This document shows, one piece after another, positions 8,035 to 18,208 of a stretch of DNA of 64,000 nucleotides; within the stretch, counting starts at the first letter, position 1, and every line of letters begins with the position of its first letter. This stretch comes from Candidatus Forterrea multitransposorum CG_2015-17_Forterrea_25_41 (GTDB lineage: Archaea > Iainarchaeota > Iainarchaeia > Iainarchaeales > CSSED10-239). Under the pieces are notes generated by a model. It ran no database searches, was not told where the DNA came from, and worked only from the letters and a program-made list of their open reading frames with translations. The stretch lies in the NCBI GenBank assembly GCA_009392915.1, contig CP045477.1:768001-832000 (forward strand), given 5' to 3'. The position numbers and the translations under genes are program-made.

Positions 8035-9789
8035 ATGTTAATTAAAAAATTATCTCAAGAAACCATTAATTTAATTAGTGCTGGAGAAGTAATTGAAGGT
8101 CCAAGTGATATTTTAAAAGAACTTTTAGAAAATTCTGTGGATGCTAAAGCAACAGAGATAACTGTTGAAATAAAATCTTCTGGTTTAGATTTAATAAAAA
8201 TAAAAGATGATGGTACTGGTATTTTAAAAGAAGATTTAGAAGTTTGTCTTGAAAAATACACTACAAGTAAACTTGAAAAAATAGATGATTTATACACTAT
8301 TGATAGTTTTGGTTTTAGAGGTGAGGCATTATCAACTATTGCTGCAGTTTCAAAATTTAAAATTGTATCTTCTACTACAAATGATGGTAAGGGATATGTT
8401 TTAGAGAATAACAATATTTCTCAAGTATCTTCAAACAAAGGAACAACTATAACAGTTCAAGATTTATTTTATAATGTGCCTGTTAGAAAAAAGTTTTTAA
8501 AATCAAAAAGCTTTGAATATTCTAAAGTATATGAAGTTTTTCTTGCAAATGCTTTATTAAATCCAAATATTACTTTTAAGTTTATTTCTGAAAAGAAAAA
8601 TGTAATTTTTCCAAAAACAGATTTTGAAAATAGATTAGTTCAAATATATGGTGTTGAAATTAAAACTAAAACAATTAATTTAGATATTAATACAGAATTA
8701 TTTAAAGTTAAAGGAATTTTAACTAATCCTCAAAATCCAGTTTATTTTCCTTCAAATTTTTTATTTATTAATAAAAGATTTGTATTTTCACCTCAAATCT
8801 ATAAAGCTATTATTGATTCTTATAAAGATTATTTAATGATACAACAAAAACCATTTTTTATTTTATTTATTGAGTTAGATCCTAGAACAATAGATGTGAA
8901 TGTACATCCTAAAAAAAGAGTTGTTAAATTACAAAATGAAATGTTGTTTTTATTAGAGTTTAAAAGAGAATTATCTAAAAAATTAGATGCATCTTTAGGT
9001 AAATTTGCTCCTGCTTTAGAGCATAATTCTTTAAAAGATTTTATTTCTTCTAAAAATTCAGATTATTCTTCTTTTCAAAAACCAACTCAAAGTAGTTATT
9101 CAAGTAATAACTATTCAAGTAATAAAGAAGTTCCTTTTTTCAGAAGTGATCTTCAAAAACCACTTTATGAAAATAACAATATTTCTAGTATTTCAGATAA
9201 CTTAACTTTATTTGAACACAATATTACAAAAATACTTGGTCAAATAAAAAACACCTTCATTATTTGTGAAACTGATAAAGGGATGATATTAATTGATCAA
9301 CATGCTGCTGATGAAAGAATAAACTTAGAAAAAAATAGATTGAAATATGCTGATTATGTTGAAAAACAAAATTTAATATCAGAAATTTCTTTAGATTTTA
9401 TTTCTGAATCACATAAAGAAATTTTAGCAAATAATATTGAAATTTTTAAAAAAACTGGTTTTGAATATTATTTAAAAAATGATATTTATTTTTTAAAAAC
9501 AATTCCTTTATTTTTAAATAAATATTTTGATAAAAACTTATTTTTAAATCTTTTAAAAGATATTGAAGAAGGCAATAATGAAGTTTTTAAACTTAAAGAT
9601 AGTCTTTTAAAATTAAGATCTTGTAAAGAATCTATTAAAGCTAATGATTATTTAAGTAGTCATGAACAAATAGAAATTATTAAAAAATTAAATCTTTGTA
9701 AAGATAAAGGTATTTGTGCTCATGGAAGACCAACAATTATATTTTTATCTTTAAAAGATCTTGAAATATTATTTAAAAGAATAGTTTAA
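8035..9789 (+). CDS. mutL: DNA mismatch repair protein MutL with C-terminal endonuclease motifs
   Basis: GHKL ATPase motif ELLENSVDA; endonuclease motif DQHAADERINLE; C-terminal CAHGRP. Confidence 0.8.
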   Translation: MLIKKLSQETINLISAGEVIEGPSDILKELLENSVDAKATEITVEIKSSGLDLIKIKDDGTGILKEDLEVCLEKYTTSKLEKIDDLYTIDSFGFRGEALSTIAAVSKFKIVSSTTNDGKGYVLENNNISQVSSNKGTTITVQDLFYNVPVRKKFLKSKSFEYSKVYEVFLANALLNPNITFKFISEKKNVIFPKTDFENRLVQIYGVEIKTKTINLDINTELFKVKGILTNPQNPVYFPSNFLFINKRFVFSPQIYKAIIDSYKDYLMIQQKPFFILFIELDPRTIDVNVHPKKRVVKLQNEMLFLLEFKRELSKKLDASLGKFAPALEHNSLKDFISSKNSDYSSFQKPTQSSYSSNNYSSNKEVPFFRSDLQKPLYENNNISSISDNLTLFEHNITKILGQIKNTFIICETDKGMILIDQHAADERINLEKNRLKYADYVEKQNLISEISLDFISESHKEILANNIEIFKKTGFEYYLKNDIYFLKTIPLFLNKYFDKNLFLNLLKDIEEGNNEVFKLKDSLLKLRSCKESIKANDYLSSHEQIEIIKKLNLCKDKGICAHGRPTIIFLSLKDLEILFKRIV

Positions 9790-10979
9790 ATCTTTACAAT
9801 CCATATAAATAAAAATACTGTAATTATTAATAAAATAGTGATTGCTGTATTTTCAGAAGAATCTGGGTTTTCTGAATTAATGCTAATTGTTTGAGTACCA
9901 ATATTTTTAACATTTTCTCCTTCTAAATAATTAATAGTAAAATTTAAGGTGTGTTCTCCTTCTTTATATGTTTTAATTATAAATGGTATTTCAACAACAT
10001 CTTTTGGTCTAATTAGATTTATTTTTTCTTGAGATACAATTATTTCTCCATTAAAATAAGGTTTGATATATACATCTGTAACTTCTTTTTCTGAATTGTT
10101 AATAATAATTAAATGACCAGTTTGTTCTTCTTTTGGTACAATTATTTTTTGAATATCTATATGATTTTCTAAAGCATTTTCTTTTTCTGAAATAGTTATT
10201 ATTTTTTGTTTAATTTTTTTTGTAATTTCTTGGTTAAAAACATCTGTGTATTTAAGATTTGCAATAGGTGTTGCAAATGTGTTATTTGAATCTGTTTTTA
10301 CAAAATAATCTATTTTTATTTCACTTTGAGCTTTAAGCAATCCTTCAAAACTTGTTTCTCCAGAAACATTTTCTAAATTAGAATTATATATGAATAAATT
10401 AGATGCATTTTTAAGTTCAATAAAAGTATCTGCATAACCACTATTTCTTACGTGAATAGTAATAGGTATTAAAGTATTAACATATGCTGTAGAAGGTGCA
10501 TCTTGATAAAAATCTTCATCAGTTATTTTTGAATTATAATAAGTTCCAATTAAACTATCTGAATCTATAATTAACCTTGGTAAAAAATTATTTTCAATAC
10601 AAATTTCTAATTTGTTATCAATTGAATCAAATTTTCCTAATTTTATAATATTTTTTTCTTTAATCTCTTTATCAATTATTTCTGTAATATTTTTATCATT
10701 TACTTTAATGTTGATTATAACTCCTTTAGAAATAGGTATATAATTTTTAAGCATTAATTGAAAATAAGTTTCTGAAAACTCATCAGATTTTAAATTAAAA
10801 GTAAAATCTTTACAAAAACTACTTCCTTTTTCAACAACAATATCACCTTTATCTAATATATTTAAAGTGGTTTCATCAATAGTTGTTGCTAATAATGAGT
10901 TTGAAATTAAGATAATTCCAATAATTAATAAAAAATACTTATAATTCATATATACTTCACAATATATTATATCTAACAA
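9786..10979 (-). CDS. Secreted/surface protein with an N-terminal signal peptide and a C-terminal transmembrane anchor
   Basis: Hydrophobic N-terminus (FLLIIGIILISNSLLA) and C-terminal TM segment (AITILLIITVFLFIWIVKI). No recognisable enzymatic motif. Confidence 0.4.
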   Translation of the reverse strand: MLDIIYCEVYMNYKYFLLIIGIILISNSLLATTIDETTLNILDKGDIVVEKGSSFCKDFTFNLKSDEFSETYFQLMLKNYIPISKGVIINIKVNDKNITEIIDKEIKEKNIIKLGKFDSIDNKLEICIENNFLPRLIIDSDSLIGTYYNSKITDEDFYQDAPSTAYVNTLIPITIHVRNSGYADTFIELKNASNLFIYNSNLENVSGETSFEGLLKAQSEIKIDYFVKTDSNNTFATPIANLKYTDVFNQEITKKIKQKIITISEKENALENHIDIQKIIVPKEEQTGHLIIINNSEKEVTDVYIKPYFNGEIIVSQEKINLIRPKDVVEIPFIIKTYKEGEHTLNFTINYLEGENVKNIGTQTISINSENPDSSENTAITILLIITVFLFIWIVKI

Positions 10980-10998
10980 TTAATTTATATTCTTATCT

Positions 10999-13900
10999 TT
11001 AATGTCTTAATATTTTTTTCTTTTTCTCAGCTATGGTTTTTTCTTTCTTTTTATTACCCAACCTTAAATAAGCATATAAACTAACGAATAAAACTACAAT
11101 AATTGTAATTAAAATATATTGTGTTTTTGTTGAATTTTTCGAAACAGGATTTGTTTGTTTTAAAACATAAATTACATCAAGATATTTTTCATCATCATAA
11201 TTTGTTTTTGCAAAATTAAGTGTTTCAACATCATATTCTTTTTTTTGATAATCTATTATTTCTTTTTTAGCATCATCTTTTATTTCAATTAAACCAGAGG
11301 TTAAATTATCATAATCTGATTTTATTTTTTCAATTCTATTTATTGTTTCTAAAGAAATGGCATTAAGTGCACCTTTGTAGTCTTTTTCATTATATTTTTC
11401 ATCAAAGTTAGATAATTCTTTATTGAAAAGTACACTTTCTAAAAAAGCATAATTTTTTTCTAATCTTTTTGCATCGTTTTCTGTAATTCCAGAAAAATAC
11501 CCAATTGAATAAAGATCAGTTAAAGTATATGTTTCATATAACAAATATGTTTTTGTAATTATTTCATTAATTTTGTCTTCTTCTAAATTATTTGTTATTG
11601 GGTTAATGTAATAATAAAGTTCTTCAGCTTTTTCTTTTAGTTTCTGATTAATTATATCTTTAATTTCTGTAATGTTTTTATCTTTACTTAATAAATCTAA
11701 ATCTATGTTTTCTAAATTATTTTCATTAATAATTTCATTAAGTTCTTTAAATTCAGCAATTTCTAAACTTTTAGTGTCGTTTTGTAAGTCCTTTTCTCTT
11801 TTTTTAATATCTATTAATAACTGTATTAAATCTTTTTCTGCTAAAACCATATTTTGATATTTATTACTTTCTATTTTTTCTAATTTGTTTTCTTCAAAAG
11901 AAGTTAGTTCTTTTTGATAAATCTCATTTAAAGTAATTAAATAATTTTCTTCAATAATTTGATAATGTTTGTTTTTTTCTAATAGTTTTTGTAAGGTGTT
12001 ATAATAACTGTAAATAGTTTCTATTTCATTAATACTATATTCTTCAGAATATGGTTTGTCCAACAAATATTTCAATTCTTTAATTGATTCTTTTTGAATA
12101 TCTAAAAATCTAGTGTTTCTAAGCTCTTCTGCTGCTAAAATTATTTCTCTAATTTCTTCATAAACTTTATTCTTTTCAATTAATGTTTTTAAAACAAATT
12201 CTAAAACTTCATCTTTTTTAATCTCTATATTATAAATTAAGTTTCCATTTTCTTCAAATAAAGTAATTTCTTTATTATTTTTATAAAAAGTATTAATTTC
12301 GTTTTCTTTAGTTTCTTTAATAATTAATTTTTGATTAATTTTTTCAAAAAATTTATTCTTTAAAGAAATATTTGTTGTTGTAATAAATTTATCACTACTT
12401 ATTTCTTCAATATTTTTAGATAGGTTATTTTCAAATACAGGTCCATAGACATAAAATTCATTTTCTTTTTTTGTATAATAATAAATATTATTTTCTTCTA
12501 TAATAACATCTTCATTTTTAGATATAAATCCATCAATAAATAAAAGTGAATCATATATTCCTTCTACTTCGTTTTCAATTGTAATTTTAATAATACTTTC
12601 TTTTAATGATAAATAAATTATTTCATAATTTATATTTTTATTATTCTCATAATCTACTAAGAAATAATTTTTACCAGGATATATAGTGTGTATCTTTATT
12701 TGTGTTTTATTAATAAGTAACCCAGGATCTTTAGATACTAGGTTTAAATAATTATTTTCTATTTCAATATTTAAAATAATTTCAGAGAAGTTATTTATTA
12801 ATTCAAAATAATATTTATCATCTATTTTTTTAATAGTGTAGTTTTTATTTTCTTGAATGATCTTTTTAATGATTAAATCTATTTCTCTTTCAATATTATT
12901 TATTTTTTCTTGATTTTCATTAATATTTATAATTAACTCAACATTATTTTTTTGTTTTATTTCCTTTACATCTTTTTCAATTTCACTAATTATTTCATAA
13001 TTTTCTTCAAGTTTATTTTCAACATATATTTCATTAATTTTATTTTCTATTTCTTTAATTCTTTTTTTAATTATAATTATTTTTTCATTACTTTCAAGTT
13101 TATAATTTATGTTGTTAATGTGTTCTAAACAATCTTCTTCTGTTGAATAAATATATAATTCATAATCTTTAACTTCTTCAATTTCGCTTTCAATAACACT
13201 ATAAATTAACTCTTGGCAATTTTGTATTTCATTTGCATTTTTTATTTTTTCACAATAATTTAATTTTTCAAGAAGATTGTCACTTTCTTTATATTGACTA
13301 ATTAATCTTGATATATATAGATTACTTTGTTCTTCTAGATTTTCAACTAAAATATCACAAGCAAACAGTTGAGAGTTTTCTAACTTTTCTTTTTCAACAA
13401 TTTCTTGGTTTTGTAAAATTTCTAAATTAATTTCTTTTAATTCTGATAAATATTTTCCAAAAGTAATTGTTTTATTTTCAAAGTAATTTTTTTGTTTTAA
13501 ATAATAATTATATTTTTCAGTAGTTAAATATTCTTTATTTTTTTCAATTTCTTTTTGATAATCTTCTATTTTATTATAAATTACATCTAAATTTTCAGTT
13601 ATTCTATTATTAATAATTATAAATTCTGTAACTAATGATTTTTCTTTTCCAACCAACTTATCCATTAAAATATAAAAATTATATCCATCTAGTTTATCTA
13701 AATTATAGTTTATGTTTCTTAAATCTTCTATGTTAGATAATTTTTTATATACAAAATTATTTATTCTTAAAATTTCAGGAAGATTAATTTCTTGTGAATT
13801 AATTTCTTTTTCATAGATTTGTAAATAATACAAAGTTAGATCAGATACATTTTCTTTTGCAAGATAGGTTTCTCTAAAACCTAATTCTTTAGAATATACA

Positions 13901-14487
13901 TGTAATTCTTTAATTTCTTGATTTACTTTTGATAAATAACTTTCATTTTCTATTTGTTTTTTCATAAAATTAATATTATCATTTAATAATATATAATCTT
14001 GAAATATTTCTTCTTCAGGAATTAGGTTAACTTCTTGCTGTTCTAAAAATAAGGTATAATCAATAATAAGATACATGCTTTTTTTAGTTGCATTATCAAC
14101 ATATGAAAAGGTTTTAGAAAAAAGGTCCATTACATCATTATAATTATCTAAAATTGTTTTGATGTTCTCTTTTCTACACCCTTCATTCAATAAATCTAGT
14201 TCTTTTTTAGTAAGTGTATAATAATAATGACTGGATGCTAAGTAATTTTTATAAGTATCTATATTTTGACTTAAAGAAAGAGGTATTTTGTTATTTTTTT
14301 CAATAGATAATTTTTCAATTTCAGTAAAACATTTATTTTGAGAAGTACAATCATCAATAGAAGTAGAGGAATAATGAGTTAAAGCAAGACAAGCTTGCTT
14401 TTCTCTAGTGGTTATAAATTCAAGGCAACCTGAAAGGCTTACTAGTAAAATCAATAAAAAATATATGTATATTTTTTTATCAATCAA
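10999..14487 (-). CDS. Giant (1162 aa) coiled-coil surface protein. It has a signal peptide with a lipobox-like LSGC, an N-terminal Cys-rich region, and a C-terminal TM segment plus basic tail.
   Basis: Extremely E/K/N/I-rich heptad-like sequence throughout. C-terminus ILITIIVVLFVSLYAYLRLGNKKKEK. Confidence 0.4.
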   Translation of the reverse strand: MIDKKIYIYFLLILLVSLSGCLEFITTREKQACLALTHYSSTSIDDCTSQNKCFTEIEKLSIEKNNKIPLSLSQNIDTYKNYLASSHYYYTLTKKELDLLNEGCRKENIKTILDNYNDVMDLFSKTFSYVDNATKKSMYLIIDYTLFLEQQEVNLIPEEEIFQDYILLNDNINFMKKQIENESYLSKVNQEIKELHVYSKELGFRETYLAKENVSDLTLYYLQIYEKEINSQEINLPEILRINNFVYKKLSNIEDLRNINYNLDKLDGYNFYILMDKLVGKEKSLVTEFIIINNRITENLDVIYNKIEDYQKEIEKNKEYLTTEKYNYYLKQKNYFENKTITFGKYLSELKEINLEILQNQEIVEKEKLENSQLFACDILVENLEEQSNLYISRLISQYKESDNLLEKLNYCEKIKNANEIQNCQELIYSVIESEIEEVKDYELYIYSTEEDCLEHINNINYKLESNEKIIIIKKRIKEIENKINEIYVENKLEENYEIISEIEKDVKEIKQKNNVELIININENQEKINNIEREIDLIIKKIIQENKNYTIKKIDDKYYFELINNFSEIILNIEIENNYLNLVSKDPGLLINKTQIKIHTIYPGKNYFLVDYENNKNINYEIIYLSLKESIIKITIENEVEGIYDSLLFIDGFISKNEDVIIEENNIYYYTKKENEFYVYGPVFENNLSKNIEEISSDKFITTTNISLKNKFFEKINQKLIIKETKENEINTFYKNNKEITLFEENGNLIYNIEIKKDEVLEFVLKTLIEKNKVYEEIREIILAAEELRNTRFLDIQKESIKELKYLLDKPYSEEYSINEIETIYSYYNTLQKLLEKNKHYQIIEENYLITLNEIYQKELTSFEENKLEKIESNKYQNMVLAEKDLIQLLIDIKKREKDLQNDTKSLEIAEFKELNEIINENNLENIDLDLLSKDKNITEIKDIINQKLKEKAEELYYYINPITNNLEEDKINEIITKTYLLYETYTLTDLYSIGYFSGITENDAKRLEKNYAFLESVLFNKELSNFDEKYNEKDYKGALNAISLETINRIEKIKSDYDNLTSGLIEIKDDAKKEIIDYQKKEYDVETLNFAKTNYDDEKYLDVIYVLKQTNPVSKNSTKTQYILITIIVVLFVSLYAYLRLGNKKKEKTIAEKKKKILRH

Positions 14488-14499
14488 CTTTTTTATCTC

Positions 14500-14850
14500 C
14501 TAATATCTTACAATTCCTTCTGCATTTATTGTTACTATTTTAAATTTAATATTAGTTTTTAAAAGAATAGATAATATTGCACTATGTTCTTTTCCGCTTC
14601 CAGAATGTATATTAAGTTCAATATCTTTTAAATCTTTAGGCATTTGATTTTCAATATCATCAACAATTTCTGAAAAACCTTTTCTTGGATCAATAATTAT
14701 CCAGTTTACTTTTTTTGAACAAGTAAATTTATCTTGTGCCCATTCGTTTGAGATTAAATAAACTTTATCGTAATCAGTGTTATCTATTATGTGTGCTACT
14801 TGTCCCCAAGTTCCTTTTCCTGTACTTAGTATTCCTAAAAACATTTTCAT
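14500..14850 (-). CDS. Hypothetical small protein, probably co-transcribed with elp3
   Basis: It directly abuts the upstream gene. GKGTWGQ is not a canonical P-loop. Confidence 0.3.
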   Translation of the reverse strand: MKMFLGILSTGKGTWGQVAHIIDNTDYDKVYLISNEWAQDKFTCSKKVNWIIIDPRKGFSEIVDDIENQMPKDLKDIELNIHSGSGKEHSAILSILLKTNIKFKIVTINAEGIVRY

Positions 14851-15168
14851 TTATTCACCACCGTTTAAATCAAATTTTTCTTTAGATTCTATATAGATAC
14901 TAACAAAATCTTTTCCTTTATCTGTAAGATAATAAACTTCTTCTTCATCTAGTTGGATTTTTTTGATTAATTTTGTCTGTATTAAAGTATCTAATATATT
15001 ATATAGAATAGATACATTTTTAAAATATATATTTACCTTTAATTCTTCAATTTTAGGTGGTTTTTTATTAATTTCAACTAAAACAGCCATATGTTCTTTA
15101 GATTGTATAATTTTTAGAAGTTCTGGTTCTTTTTCAACCATTTCAATTAATTTTTCTTTTTCTGTCAT
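14851..15168 (-). CDS. Winged-helix transcriptional regulator (ArsR/MarR-like)
   Basis: The pattern HMAVLVEINKKPPKIEEL...SILYNILDTLIQTKLIKK...YYLTDKGKDF fits a wHTH fold. It overlaps the 3' end of elp3. Confidence 0.4.
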   Translation of the reverse strand: MTEKEKLIEMVEKEPELLKIIQSKEHMAVLVEINKKPPKIEELKVNIYFKNVSILYNILDTLIQTKLIKKIQLDEEEVYYLTDKGKDFVSIYIESKEKFDLNGGE

Positions 15169-16699
15169 TTTTAATCACTTTTACCATGTAAGCACCTTCA
15201 AGTTTATACCCTTGTTTTTTATAGTACTCTCTAACTCCAATTCCACTAATTATAGCTACTTTTGTTTTATTTTCTTTAAGTGAAATTGTTTCTGCTAATT
15301 TTAATAGTTTTTTACCAATACCAATATGTTGTATATTTTTATTTTTAAACTCTGTGGCTTGTCCATATACATGTAATTCTCTAACAATTGAGGTATTTTC
15401 AGTTATTTCTTTAACAAAAGGTTGACTTGGTATTCTAAGTCTTATAAACCCAAGCAAATAATCTTTCTTTTCTGCATATATAAAATATTCTGTTCCACCA
15501 GATGCAGCATATTTAATTTTTTTAATAGAATAGCTTTTGATACTTTCTATTTTTTGTTTAGGTTCACAACATCTAATACAGTTACATTTTGTTTTTCTTT
15601 TTTCAAGTTCTTTAAAAACAAGTTCTCTTAAGTTACTTTTTGTAATTCCTGCAAGTATTTTTGTTGCAGGTATATCTCTTTGAACTCTCATTATCCTTAC
15701 CCATTTAGGAACAATTTCTTTAACATCTGCAATTAAATTAATTACTTCTTTTTCAGTATAAGGAATGTATTTTTGAGAATAATACATTTTTTCAAGAACT
15801 GTATGCTCTGTAACTAAACAAGGATATATTTTTATCATATCAGGACAATAATCTGGATTTGAAAATATTTCTTTAAAGCTTTCAAAATCTCTTTTAATAT
15901 CGCTTCCAGGAAGTCCAATCATCATGTGATATAATACTTTAAATCCAGAATCTTTAAGTTCTTTTGTAGCCTGAATTACTTCTTTAATTCCATGTCCTCT
16001 TTTTACAAAAACATGTACATCATCATATGTAGTTTGAACTCCAAGTTCAACTCTTGTTCCTCCAAAATCTAAAAGTCTTCTAATAATTTTTTTATCACAA
16101 TAATCTGGTCTAGTTTCAAAGGTAAGTCCAACTATTCTTCTTTTTGTTTTCATTAATATTTTTTTAAGATTATTTAGGTCTTTACTTTTAGAATTTGAGA
16201 TTGCTTGAAATGTTTTAATCATAAAATCTTTTTGATATTTATAATCAGTTGAAGGAAATGTTCCCCCCATCACAATAAGTTCTAATTTATTTGTAGGATG
16301 TCCAATTGCTTCAAGTTGTTTTATTCTATCTGTAATTTGTTTTGCAGGATTAAAATTATTTAATTTACCTCTCATACTTGCAGGTTCAAAACCAGTGTAG
16401 CTTTTAGGTGTATCTTTAAAGCTAGGACAAAAAATACAATTTCCAGGACAAACATGTGGTTTTGTCATTACTGAAAGTATTGTTACTCCTGAAAGTGTTC
16501 TAGAGGGTTTAGTTATAAATGTAGAAGTTGGGTTTTGAATATCAAGGGCATGTAAAATATCTGAAGTTAAGGGTAATTTTGATAAATTATATTTTTTTGC
16601 AAAACTTGCTTTCATCCCTTGAAGTTCTTTGTATTTTATTTTTTCAAGATTTATATCTTTAAAGAAATCTTTTATTCTTTTTATTTTTTCTTTGTTCAT
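15143..16699 (-). CDS. elp3: Elongator complex protein 3 homolog (radical SAM plus GNAT; tRNA cm5U synthase)
   Basis: Radical SAM cysteine cluster CPGNCIFCP and a C-terminal GNAT region (QHIGIGKKLLKLAE). Confidence 0.8.
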   Translation of the reverse strand: MNKEKIKRIKDFFKDINLEKIKYKELQGMKASFAKKYNLSKLPLTSDILHALDIQNPTSTFITKPSRTLSGVTILSVMTKPHVCPGNCIFCPSFKDTPKSYTGFEPASMRGKLNNFNPAKQITDRIKQLEAIGHPTNKLELIVMGGTFPSTDYKYQKDFMIKTFQAISNSKSKDLNNLKKILMKTKRRIVGLTFETRPDYCDKKIIRRLLDFGGTRVELGVQTTYDDVHVFVKRGHGIKEVIQATKELKDSGFKVLYHMMIGLPGSDIKRDFESFKEIFSNPDYCPDMIKIYPCLVTEHTVLEKMYYSQKYIPYTEKEVINLIADVKEIVPKWVRIMRVQRDIPATKILAGITKSNLRELVFKELEKRKTKCNCIRCCEPKQKIESIKSYSIKKIKYAASGGTEYFIYAEKKDYLLGFIRLRIPSQPFVKEITENTSIVRELHVYGQATEFKNKNIQHIGIGKKLLKLAETISLKENKTKVAIISGIGVREYYKKQGYKLEGAYMVKVIKNDRKRKIN

Positions 16700-16703
16700 G
16701 TAT

Positions 16704-17498
16704 CTATATGATTTTAATTATTTTATTTAAAAAATAAATAGGTATTAAGTTTGAATTAAATAAAGGATAAAAATGTTCTTTTGAACCATATATTGATTTA
16801 AGATCTTTAATAGTTTCTATTTTTATATTGTAATTAATACTATTTGTTAAATCCTCTTCTTTAGGATATATTTTTAAAGTAAAATTTTTCTCTCCAATTT
16901 CTTTAGGATAATATTGATATATTTGTTCTGTTACACTATTTGGTTGAAGAATAATTTTTTTCTCTTTTGAAAGTCTTTCTTTTTTATCTAAAAACCATTT
17001 ATCTGAAATATCTGAAGTAATCATTATTTTTTTAGTGGTGTTTGACTTATTAATAATACTTAAGGTTATTGTTTCTTTTTGTTCAAATTTAACATAAGGA
17101 TTATAATTAATTAATTTTGAATGAATTACTTGATCTGTAATTTCCATATTTAAAATAATTTCTCTCTTTTGGTTTTCAGAGCTTAAAATTAATTTTAATG
17201 AATATGGTCCAGATAGATTTTCAGCTAATTTAATTTCTGTAAAAATACTTTCTCTTGTTTGTCTTGTTTTTTCTACAATGACGTCGTTTATTTGATTTGG
17301 ACTAATAGAAATGTAGTTATAATTTTCATTTTCTTCTAAAAGAAAACTAATCATGAAAAATTCTCCTGGAGAGAAAAAACCTAATTCTACAGTGTCATTA
17401 TAAGTTAAATCTTTAGAGATTGGTTCTAATAATTCTAATGAAAATAAATTAGTACTAATCACTAACATAAAAATAATTATTATTAAATATTTTTTCAT
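16704..17498 (-). CDS. Secreted hypothetical protein with an N-terminal signal peptide
   Basis: MKKYLIIIIFMLVISTNLFS followed by a polar domain. Confidence 0.35.
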   Translation of the reverse strand: MKKYLIIIIFMLVISTNLFSLELLEPISKDLTYNDTVELGFFSPGEFFMISFLLEENENYNYISISPNQINDVIVEKTRQTRESIFTEIKLAENLSGPYSLKLILSSENQKREIILNMEITDQVIHSKLINYNPYVKFEQKETITLSIINKSNTTKKIMITSDISDKWFLDKKERLSKEKKIILQPNSVTEQIYQYYPKEIGEKNFTLKIYPKEEDLTNSINYNIKIETIKDLKSIYGSKEHFYPLFNSNLIPIYFLNKIIKII

Positions 17499-17590
17499 AA
17501 ATTTTCTTTTATCCTATCCTTTATTAAATATTTTTTATCTATATATATTATAGCTAAACAAATATAAAAAGCTTTTTAAAATTAAAAAGG

Positions 17591-18202
17591 TTGGAAATAC
17601 TTATGAATCAAAATACAATTGATAATAAATATGAAATGATAAAAAAACACCATACAGAAACTTTAATGGAAGCAATAGAAACTAAAAAAGTTGATGAAAT
17701 ATTAATTCCTTTTCTTTTAGAAGTTACAAAGATTCCAGATGTTTTTACTTCTTCTTCTTGTGCTGGAAGAATAATGCTTTTATCTACAGATGAATATGAA
17801 AATAAGAAAGTCTCTTCTTTTCATAAAAAATATCATAGAACAACAACTTTTGAAGAACTTAAACAAGATACTGATGATTTTAATGAATCTGAGCTTTGGT
17901 TTAAGATGGAACCTTTTATTTTTCATTTTGGATGTAAAGATTATGAAAAGGCAAAAGAACTACTTTCTTTTTCTCAAGAATTTGGGCTTAAAAAAGCAGG
18001 TATAATAACTGCTCATGATGGAAAGTATATCTTAGAGGTTACAAGTACACAGTATATGGCCTTACCTTTAAAGGAAAATGGTAAAATGTTAGTTACTGAT
18101 GATTATTTAAAATTTATAGTTGATAGGGCAAATAAAAAAATAGAAAAAAACTTTGAAAGACTTGAAAAGTTTTCAAAGTTATTTTTAGAAAGGTTTTCTT
18201 GA
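17591..18202 (+). CDS. taw3: tRNA wybutosine-synthesizing protein 3 homolog (Taw3/TYW3 methyltransferase)
   Basis: FTSSSCAGRI matches the TYW3 family signature TSSCSGRI. The size (~200 aa) is typical. Confidence 0.6.
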   Translation: MEILMNQNTIDNKYEMIKKHHTETLMEAIETKKVDEILIPFLLEVTKIPDVFTSSSCAGRIMLLSTDEYENKKVSSFHKKYHRTTTFEELKQDTDDFNESELWFKMEPFIFHFGCKDYEKAKELLSFSQEFGLKKAGIITAHDGKYILEVTSTQYMALPLKENGKMLVTDDYLKFIVDRANKKIEKNFERLEKFSKLFLERFS

Positions 18203-18208
18203 AAATAT

